DNA of 64,000 nt from Thermoplasmatota archaeon (lineage in GTDB: Archaea > Thermoplasmatota > Poseidoniia > Poseidoniales > Thalassarchaeaceae). The DNA lies in assembly GCA_036336595.1 (NCBI GenBank), contig JAYZFV010000009.1, positions 548 through 64,547 of the forward strand, written 5' to 3'. Position numbers and translations under genes: made by a program. A model generated the notes under the pieces. The model was not told the DNA's origin. It was given only the letters and a program-made list of their open reading frames with translations, and ran no database searches. Below, piece by piece: positions 36,227 through 43,613 of the stretch (positions within the stretch are counted from its first letter, which is position 1; every line of letters starts with the position of its first letter).

Positions 36227-39200
36227 TCAGCCCCCGTCGCCGCCCTGCTGGGCGGAATACGGGGCGTAGTACTGTTGGGCATACTGGCGTGCAGTCTGCT
36301 CGTCATAGCCCTGGGCTATGAGTTGCTGGACGTAGATCTCGATGTTGGCGTACTGGCGTGCAGTCTGCTCGTCATAGCCTTGGGCTAAGAGCTGCTGTAC
36401 GTAAGCCTCGACCGGGTCCATCTGCTCCACACCTCCGAAGGACTCCACCGAGTCCTCCTCCGAGGCTCTTCCACGACCGCGGACCAACATAGTAACGAGA
36501 ACCACTAGAACCAGGATAATTGCGGCGATGCCCCCGATTACGACCATTTCCATCACTCCGCTGCTGCCCTCGGCGCAAGAAGCTGGGTCCACTACGCAGG
36601 GGTCCAGCGGCCTAGGCAGGGTATAGAGCTGAATCTGGTCATTGACCACGTAGGAGCCCTCTGTGATCCTGATGTAGGCCAATCCTGCGTTGCCGTCTTC
36701 CTCCAGGTACAGATGGGAGATGTTCAACGAGAGCGTGTAGGAATCACCGTCGCACAGACCCGTCTGCCTGTCGTAGCGGCCGAGCTCCTTCTGGGTGGTC
36801 TTGGTGGCCTCTCCCTTGTCGAAGATTGAGGTGTCATCGAGAGCGACCTCGACCGTCACGTCGCATTCGCTCCCCTCGTCGTTGTCGACTATTACTCCGG
36901 TGATGTTGATGATGTCAACGGCTTCAAGCGCATCGAACCGATGGCCGTCAGCAGTGGAGATGCTGTCCATCTCATTCGCTGGCTCATCGTCCCCGAAGAG
37001 CTCTCCGACCACCTCGAAGAAGATTCGGAAGGGGGGCGTTGAGTCGAGGTTCCTCTGATCGGTTACAACGAGCTCGAGCATGATCGGGTTGTTGTTTGGG
37101 GTGAGGTTGCTGAAAGTGTAATGCCAGTCGGATTGGCTCTTGGGGAGGATGACCTGGTGATCTTGGTTGCCATCGCCGCTGACCGACCAAGTGTAAGTCT
37201 TGATACCGGTCCCGATATCGCTGCTGTTGGCGGCTGAGAACTTTATGTCGGTGGTGCCGGTTTCGGTCAGCCTGACTCTGTACTTGGGGGAGTCGATCAT
37301 GATCCAGTTCCCGTCGCTGTCCTGTTCTCCGGTCGGCGTAGGTTGGTACCCTACGAACTCTAGGAACTCGGTGCTAATGTCGTCCTGCACGATGTCGATG
37401 TGCGCCACGGGGGCCGAGCTGTCTGCGGCTATGTCGTTTGTGTAGATGGAGACGTTGGTAATCCTGGTGTGGCCTGCGGCATCGTGCAAGTACAGCCAGA
37501 TCCTCCACTCTGCATCTATCTTGCAGCCGAGGTCAGCGCTGTCGTCTTGGACGCAGAAGGTGGCGTTGACCGAGCTCGTCGCGTCGACTTGGTGCATGTG
37601 CCAGTTGTCATCCCCTAGGGTCTCACCGTCCCATCCGGTGACGGTCTCACCGTTAGCCGACTCGATGGTCCAGTCTGCGAAGATACCGTCCACGTTGGTC
37701 TCGAAGCCGAACTGTAGGGATGCCCCGCTCTCTATCGCAGTCCTCTGATACGCTGCGGTGAGGACGTCTATGGGCTGGATCTGCCCGTCGATGGTCATCT
37801 CGAAGCCCTCTCCTGCGATCTCGAAACCGTCCGGGTAGGGAGTGAGGTGGAAGTCCAGCATGTTGGACAGCAGAGGGAAGTTTGAGTCTCCGTAAGGCTG
37901 CGACACTGTGGGGTTCTCGACGTCTATGGTGGTGACGATGAGCCCTCCCTGGTGGTAATTGCACACCGCTAGCAGGGACTGGCTCGGGTTGACGGTGTCC
38001 TTGATGAGCGTGTGGAAGGTTCCGCCATCGCTAACCCTCCCTCCTTCGCTCTCCCCTGTCGGGGCGTCGCTGCAGACGAGTGGCAGGTTGTCCGCGTTGA
38101 CTTGGTTGGTGTCAAGTCCGGAGAGCGCGACGTGGGATCCACCGTTCACGCCTGCGAAAGCCGATGTGCCGATGCCCGACATGATCGGGTGGAAGCGATC
38201 CACGAAGGTGAGGTTGTTCGAGTGGATCCTGCGGTCGACGGTTTGGTTGACGTGGTCCCTCATCACTATGTCCATGTCGAAGGGAAGCCTCTCGCTTTCG
38301 GTCCCCAAGCTCAGATACTCGCTGCGATAGGGTCCTAGGTGGATTTGTACGGTGCCACCATCCTGCATGTAGTCAACTAGAATCTCCGTGAGAGTGAGTT
38401 CCGAGTTCTGGGGGTTGGGCGTGCCTAGCAGCTCGTAGTAGTCACCGTACTCAACGTTGTAGTCCGTTTGCCATGGGAGCAGGACCTTGGAGTAGTGCTC
38501 GAGCCAATCCTCCGTTCCGTAGGTGTTCCAGTCATCGACCGCGAGCTGGGTGTAGGTCTTGTTCATGGCCTGCAAGTCGCTCTTGACGCGTTGGAGCCTA
38601 CTCTGGTCAGTTGGATCGGAGAAGATGGCGATGTCAACGTGGTCATGGAACTCGATCTCGAAGAACCGTTCGTTGCCCGACTCCCCCCCGCCTTCACCTA
38701 GCGTGGCGGAGAAGCTGATGTTGTATCTGTGACCATCGAACCACTGGTTGTACGGGGAGGTCCAATTGGCCTGCCCCCGCTGGTGTGGGTCGAGCAAGAA
38801 CGGCCCGTTCTCGGCCGTCTGCTCGAACACCGTCTGACCGGTGTCCTCGTCGACGATCTTCATCGTCAGAACGTAGGTGCCCTCAATCACCCCGTTCAAC
38901 AGCGGCACTGAGAAGCTGTGGGATGCCAGGCCGGAGGGGTTTGACGCGTAAACGCACTCGTAGATGATGTCAGTGACGCAGTCCATCACGTCGGGCTGCA
39001 GGAGGGTGATGTCAGCGTTGGCGATGCCGAATAGGATGGTGGACACGTTGTTCGCTGTGCTCATCTCGGGCTTGCCAAACCACTTCGAGGTGTTGTCGGT
39101 GTTGTCGTAGAGTGTCATCAGGTCGATCCTGTACAGGCCGTTCTCGAAGTCATGGGTTCCCATGTTGATGGTCCGCCTCTGTGCGGCGTCCATGCCTGAA

Positions 39201-39898
39201 ACGCTCTCATTGTAGTAGCCGTCGTCGGTGAAGGTGTAGTCATCGACGCGGATGTTGTCTATCGCGAAGCCAGCATAGCCTGCGTTGCCGTTGACGCCGT
39301 CGTCGTTGGAGTAGAAGCGCCAAGTGAAGGTCACATCCGAGCCTGCGAGGGTGGTGCACTCGTCAGTCCAAGCGAAGGAGTCGGGGCTAGTAGTGTTAAG
39401 GAGGTGGACGTGGGTTAGGTCGATTCTGGCCGTGCCCACCATGTCCTCGGAGTCGAACCACTGCACCCAGCCGTCCTGGCCAATTCCGCCCGAGTGGTCG
39501 CCGGCGTACTCCACCTCCTCGTAGAGGCCGTTCTGGTCGAAGTCCTCGCAGTAGTGGAAGTACGTCTGGGAGACGCTGTTGAAGCCCGGGCGCAGTCCAT
39601 TTGCGTTCAAGTCAGTCCAGCTCCCATAGATTACGCCCTGGTAGACCTCCCCGTCCCTGACCCAAGACGCCTCTAGGTAGGAGAAGTCGCGAACGGCCTG
39701 AACGTTGCCGTTCCTGTCTGCAATGTGGTCGCCCTCGGCGAAGTAGTCGAACGTCAGGAAGGTGAAGTCTGCGCCGCTGTCCGCGATCTCGATGGGTTCC
39801 AATGTCATCGTCTCGTTCCAGTCGTCGCCGTACCCCTCCGAGGGGTGACCGAGCCAGTAGGCCTGATTCTTGAACACGCCCTGGTTCTGGGGGAGCAT
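36227..39898 (-). CDS. C-terminal portion of a giant surface protein: repeated beta-modules, TM anchor and cytoplasmic tail; no signal peptide of its own
   Basis: It is in the same frame as 39953..43018, separated only by one TAG. It has a MAM-like module end GFAIDNIRV, the TM VVIGGIAAIILVLVVLVTMLV, and a tail with a 23-aa tandem repeat. Confidence 0.6.
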   Translation of the reverse strand: MLPQNQGVFKNQAYWLGHPSEGYGDDWNETMTLEPIEIADSGADFTFLTFDYFAEGDHIADRNGNVQAVRDFSYLEASWVRDGEVYQGVIYGSWTDLNANGLRPGFNSVSQTYFHYCEDFDQNGLYEEVEYAGDHSGGIGQDGWVQWFDSEDMVGTARIDLTHVHLLNTTSPDSFAWTDECTTLAGSDVTFTWRFYSNDDGVNGNAGYAGFAIDNIRVDDYTFTDDGYYNESVSGMDAAQRRTINMGTHDFENGLYRIDLMTLYDNTDNTSKWFGKPEMSTANNVSTILFGIANADITLLQPDVMDCVTDIIYECVYASNPSGLASHSFSVPLLNGVIEGTYVLTMKIVDEDTGQTVFEQTAENGPFLLDPHQRGQANWTSPYNQWFDGHRYNISFSATLGEGGGESGNERFFEIEFHDHVDIAIFSDPTDQSRLQRVKSDLQAMNKTYTQLAVDDWNTYGTEDWLEHYSKVLLPWQTDYNVEYGDYYELLGTPNPQNSELTLTEILVDYMQDGGTVQIHLGPYRSEYLSLGTESERLPFDMDIVMRDHVNQTVDRRIHSNNLTFVDRFHPIMSGIGTSAFAGVNGGSHVALSGLDTNQVNADNLPLVCSDAPTGESEGGRVSDGGTFHTLIKDTVNPSQSLLAVCNYHQGGLIVTTIDVENPTVSQPYGDSNFPLLSNMLDFHLTPYPDGFEIAGEGFEMTIDGQIQPIDVLTAAYQRTAIESGASLQFGFETNVDGIFADWTIESANGETVTGWDGETLGDDNWHMHQVDATSSVNATFCVQDDSADLGCKIDAEWRIWLYLHDAAGHTRITNVSIYTNDIAADSSAPVAHIDIVQDDISTEFLEFVGYQPTPTGEQDSDGNWIMIDSPKYRVRLTETGTTDIKFSAANSSDIGTGIKTYTWSVSGDGNQDHQVILPKSQSDWHYTFSNLTPNNNPIMLELVVTDQRNLDSTPPFRIFFEVVGELFGDDEPANEMDSISTADGHRFDALEAVDIINITGVIVDNDEGSECDVTVEVALDDTSIFDKGEATKTTQKELGRYDRQTGLCDGDSYTLSLNISHLYLEEDGNAGLAYIRITEGSYVVNDQIQLYTLPRPLDPCVVDPASCAEGSSGVMEMVVIGGIAAIILVLVVLVTMLVRGRGRASEEDSVESFGGVEQMDPVEAYVQQLLAQGYDEQTARQYANIEIYVQQLIAQGYDEQTARQYAQQYYAPYSAQQGGDGG
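36278..36403 (-). repeat. 69-nt (23-codon) tandem duplication encoding YVQQL(L/I)AQGYDEQTARQYA in the cytoplasmic tail
   Basis: The copies at 36347-36403 and 36278-36334 are nearly identical at the DNA level (TACTGGCGTGCAGTCTGCTCGTCATAGCC...). Confidence 0.85.
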
Positions 39899-39952
39899 CT
39901 CGTTGGAGCCCGTGGAGTCGTCTAGTCTGCTGCCGTTTTCGTTGCCGTCGTC

Positions 39953-39955
39953 CTA
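39953..39955 (-). other. Single in-frame amber (TAG) codon separating the two halves of the giant surface-protein frame
   Basis: The minus-strand reading is ...CCG ATC TGG TAG GAC GAC GGC AAC GAA... The 18 codons between the TAG and the ATG at 39898 contain no stop. Confidence 0.9.
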
Positions 39956-42900
39956 CCAGATAGGCTCGAAACCGGAGAAGTCCTCGGCGGCTATAAGCTC
40001 AGGCAGGGCATTGTACACCTTGGCCTCGACCTCGAAGTCGACGATGGTGTTGCCCCAGTTCTGGACGCCTATGGTGATGTCTCGCTCGCCCGAGGCATAC
40101 AGCTCGCCGTTCTCGAGGTCGAGCCATGGCTCCTCGATGAGCCCGGGGTCATACAGGTTCCTGACCGTCAACTGGAATCGGGTCTGGTCGTTGGTGCTGT
40201 CCTGGTCGGTGTAGCCAGTGGGGTTGGAGAGGGTAACGGAGACGTAGTATGTCGTGTTGTCAACGAAGTCGGCGGTGAGTTGCACCGTCTGCGACTCGCC
40301 GGCCGCCGCGTCAGTCAGAATCAGCGTCTGGCTCTCGACGGTAGAGTCGCCGAACGTGACGTCCCTCTTCCTGATGGTGATGTTGTCGAACGCGAAGCCG
40401 TCCAGACCGGAGTAGTCGGACGCGCCGACGGGGCCTACGCTGCCCTCGAGGCCGCTGCGGAAGCGGAACCTGATGTCGATGAGCTGCCCGGCGTAGGGCG
40501 TCAGGTCTATCGTGTCAGCCGTTTGATCCAATTCTCCGTCGTCCCAGCAGAAGGCTTGGGGATATCCAAAGTTCAGGTAGGGCATGGCGCACGAGTCTCG
40601 GATTCCCCCGCCCTCGGTGTAGTTGTTCCACAACGAGGATTGCCAGTCACCGTAGAAGTCATCGTTGTAGTCGTTGTACTCGGGGTCGGGGCTACTCGAG
40701 ACGCGTTCCTCGATGCGGTACTTCCGCTCGTTGTCCCAGCCACCGTACCTCCAGACAGGCTCCCATCCGGTGCCATCGCTCCACACCTCGATGCTGCACG
40801 AGTCCTCATAGAGCCATCTCTCTATGACGTCGTAGGGCTCGGCCAGGAACAGTTGGAAGAAGCCAGCGCTGCAGATCGCATCGAGGTCCAAGAACGCGGC
40901 GTTCGCCCCCGACAGATCGATGTTCTCGAGGATAAGGGCCTCGTCCATGTGGTTGTAGTAGCCGGTGCTGCTGTTGCCGTCCGACTCGGGGTGCTCCACG
41001 CCCGCCCAGAAGAAGTTAGTCGGGTTCTGCCTAGCCTCCCATGGATAGTAGGCCACTTCATCCCAAGACTCGTTGTCCTCGTCAGGGACGGTGCTGCACG
41101 AGGACGTGCCGTTGTGCCCGCACTGGTAGTCGCTGTTGTTGTAGTGGACGACGTCCCCCTCGTAGTAGGTGGTGCCATTAATCCAGAACCTGTCCTCGTC
41201 TATGTGCCACGAGGAGTTCCCCTCCGAGTACTCGCCGGTGTAGGAGTACTTCTGGAGCTGGGCGCCGCCGAGGTTGACGTCCGCCGATTCGGACTCGAAG
41301 TCGTTGTAGTAGACGATCGTGTCCGTGCCACCCAGGACCTCCTTGACTGTGAGGTCGACGTCCACGCTACCGCTCGCGATGGGGTTTAGCCCGGTGTTCT
41401 TGATGGTCACATTCACCCATCGGTTGCCCTCACCGACTATGCTCTGGAAGGTCGCCGGGTCCATTACCGAGGGCTCTATTGTGACCCTTGTGATGCCCAG
41501 GTCATAGTTGTCGAGCGCGAGCACGGAGAGGTAGTCGCCCTGTCCGGCGTATCCCTGGGTGTCGAGCCACATCGCGTTGTTGGAGAACCGGTAGGTGTAG
41601 TCCGCCTGCCCGATGACCACCTCTAGTGCGCTGTCCTCGCCGCCCTGAAGCTGGCCTGGCACGGCCATGGTCGGGCGACGTCCGACATCGAATGAGAGCG
41701 GGGACAGATAGCCCGGACCACTGGGGTCGGCGAGCAGTATCTGGACGGTGTTCAGCGCCCTGAGGTTTGGACGGAGCAGGTAGGTCTGATTCTGAGAAGT
41801 CGACTCCTGGGTGTCTAGGAGAGTGAGCGATGTGGGTACAAAGAAATCGACCTCGCCGTCCCGGTTGACATCCGAGATGGTTACCGAGGCACCCATGTAG
41901 TTGCCGTACGGGACGTAGTTCTGTGTGTCCCAGCTGCCGCCGCTCTTGGTTGCGTAGGTCAGGTTGCCGGTGATGCCGTCGACGGCGACTATCAAGTCGA
42001 TCTCATTCGTATCGTCGTCAGGAGTGGTGTCCGCGATGTCTATCCCGAACAGCTCGTAGTCATGCTCGACATCGAGCGTGAATTCGTGCATGGTGCCGGC
42101 TGAGGTCGGGTCCATCGGGTTGGGGTAGGTCCCAGTGAGGCAGTCGTACTCGAGGACGGTCATGTTGTCGAAGGTCCCCCTAGAGTAACCCACGCCCGTG
42201 TTGTAGGGCGGGGTCCTGAGCAGCCATATGTCCTGGTCCTCGCACTCGCCGGGAAGCGGATCCCCGGTCAGGGGGTTGGTCTGTAGGTCCTCGTTCCAGT
42301 TTCCGAACATTACGGCGGTGTAGTAGCCGTTGGTGAGCGGGACTGAAATGGGTGCGTGCTGGTTGGATGGGAGGGTGTAGTCGGGACCCTTGTAGACTTG
42401 GATGAACTGGTTGGCGAAAGTGGCGTCGGTCGAGACGAAGGCTACGTCGGCATAGCCATCATCGGTGATGTCGCCGACATCGAAGCTAGAGAGGTAGGGG
42501 TTGACGACTGTGATTGTATCGAACATCTCCTCCCACTCGTTGACCCGTTCGTCGCAGACGCCCTTCAGCACGGTCAGGTTGCCGGGTCTGACGAATGACT
42601 CGTCGGTGAACCTAGCGTTCTGCTGGTAGTAGATCACGTCGTTTACCTCGTCACCGTCAACGTCGGCTATCTCGACCCTGTTGCCATCGGCAACGTCCCT
42701 GAACCCGGCCCTGAAGGAGTCGTTGTTCGAGATCAGCACGTCCTGGCGATCACCGAAGCCGCCCGAGCCGTCATTGTAGAGGAAGCTGATGAAGTGGCCC
42801 ATAGCGCTACCCGAGGCGATGTCGTTATCGCCATCGCAATCCAAGTCGCCAATCGAGATGTGCAGTGGGTCGCGCTGCACCCCGTACTGGGTGGTGTGCG

Positions 42901-43018
42901 ATGCTGAGGCCAAGGGAGTCATTGCAACGAACAAAGAAGTCAGCATAAGGAACACTAGTGCCACAGCCCTCCTCCCCTCTCGGAGGCGACCGTAGGAAGG
43001 CTCTGAGCAACGAACCAT
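39953..43018 (-). CDS. N-terminal portion of a giant surface protein: signal peptide, FG-GAP/VCBS-like repeats, CBM5/12-like segment and MAM-like module; no membrane anchor
   Basis: Signal peptide RRAVALVFLMLTSLFVAMTPLASA. Ca-binding FG-GAP-like loops DLDCDGDNDIASG, ADVDGDEVNDV and SDVNRDGEVDFF. WINGTTYYEGDVVHYNNSDYQC (nt approx. 41054-41209). Module end GFAFDNITI. Confidence 0.7.
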   Translation of the reverse strand: MVRCSEPSYGRLREGRRAVALVFLMLTSLFVAMTPLASASHTTQYGVQRDPLHISIGDLDCDGDNDIASGSAMGHFISFLYNDGSGGFGDRQDVLISNNDSFRAGFRDVADGNRVEIADVDGDEVNDVIYYQQNARFTDESFVRPGNLTVLKGVCDERVNEWEEMFDTITVVNPYLSSFDVGDITDDGYADVAFVSTDATFANQFIQVYKGPDYTLPSNQHAPISVPLTNGYYTAVMFGNWNEDLQTNPLTGDPLPGECEDQDIWLLRTPPYNTGVGYSRGTFDNMTVLEYDCLTGTYPNPMDPTSAGTMHEFTLDVEHDYELFGIDIADTTPDDDTNEIDLIVAVDGITGNLTYATKSGGSWDTQNYVPYGNYMGASVTISDVNRDGEVDFFVPTSLTLLDTQESTSQNQTYLLRPNLRALNTVQILLADPSGPGYLSPLSFDVGRRPTMAVPGQLQGGEDSALEVVIGQADYTYRFSNNAMWLDTQGYAGQGDYLSVLALDNYDLGITRVTIEPSVMDPATFQSIVGEGNRWVNVTIKNTGLNPIASGSVDVDLTVKEVLGGTDTIVYYNDFESESADVNLGGAQLQKYSYTGEYSEGNSSWHIDEDRFWINGTTYYEGDVVHYNNSDYQCGHNGTSSCSTVPDEDNESWDEVAYYPWEARQNPTNFFWAGVEHPESDGNSSTGYYNHMDEALILENIDLSGANAAFLDLDAICSAGFFQLFLAEPYDVIERWLYEDSCSIEVWSDGTGWEPVWRYGGWDNERKYRIEERVSSSPDPEYNDYNDDFYGDWQSSLWNNYTEGGGIRDSCAMPYLNFGYPQAFCWDDGELDQTADTIDLTPYAGQLIDIRFRFRSGLEGSVGPVGASDYSGLDGFAFDNITIRKRDVTFGDSTVESQTLILTDAAAGESQTVQLTADFVDNTTYYVSVTLSNPTGYTDQDSTNDQTRFQLTVRNLYDPGLIEEPWLDLENGELYASGERDITIGVQNWGNTIVDFEVEAKVYNALPELIAAEDFSGFEPIW

Positions 43019-43115
43019 GCCGACTCGGACTTTCGTGCCTCTCTTATGTATTGCCTAGTGATGACTTTTCACAGCATCGGAAGGACGTACCCGTATTCCC
43101 ATTCACTAGTGTGAT

Positions 43116-43613
43116 TTAATGGGACTCGAGCCAACTCGGATTGGGCGAGTAACTGACCTCTGCTCCGCCGTAGACCTTCTCGAGGCGCCCCATCATCCAG
43201 AGGCGGTCTAGGAAGATCTCCAAGTCGACTCCCTCCCGGTTCATCCTCTCACCGATCACAAACTCGATGGTGCTGATTGGGAGCGAGGACTGCCCGTGTT
43301 CCCTGACAACGAGACCGAGCAGAATCTGGAGCCAAGCCTCGGCGAGTGGGTCCCCTGAGAGGTTGTTACTCAGGGGCTCCGGGGCCTCTATCTCCTCGAG
43401 GAACTCCACGATGGCCCTTATGTCGGGCTCTGACGGCTTAGCTATGCCCTTCTCGTCCGCCCTTGCCTCGACATCCAAATCCCCTATTGCCCTTACCACA
43501 GAGGGGATCCTAGACGGGTCTGGAGGTGGCCCGGGCAACCCCTCTTCCGCTTCTACCTCATGTTCCTCCATCTCAACACCTGACGAGGCTATTGTGGCGG
43601 CTTGTGTGTTCAA
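43116..43613 (-). CDS. Acidic hypothetical protein downstream of acnA
   Basis: An ORF with a TTG at 43613 that overlaps the acnA stop, or an ATG at 43571. No recognisable motif. Confidence 0.4.
   Translation of the reverse strand: MNTQAATIASSGVEMEEHEVEAEEGLPGPPPDPSRIPSVVRAIGDLDVEARADEKGIAKPSEPDIRAIVEFLEEIEAPEPLSNNLSGDPLAEAWLQILLGLVVREHGQSSLPISTIEFVIGERMNREGVDLEIFLDRLWMMGRLEKVYGGAEVSYSPNPSWLESH

Noticed and set aside
39953-39955. Genome-wide TAG reassignment or pyrrolysine as the explanation for the in-frame amber codon
   Set aside because: TAG clearly terminates other well-supported genes in the window, for example at 5748-5750, 6695-6697 and 30002-30004. No pyl genes are visible. Local read-through or mutation remains possible, but code reassignment is unlikely.
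40280-41389. Long antisense ORFs inside real genes: 40280..41389 (369 aa), 19704..20609, 2950..3645, 48457..49170, 46381..47040, 12280..12741 and 33070..3609-type shadows
   Set aside because: They lie entirely opposite strongly supported genes. Their composition is Arg/Gly/Val/Pro-rich low complexity, typical of high-GC antisense frames, and they show no motifs.
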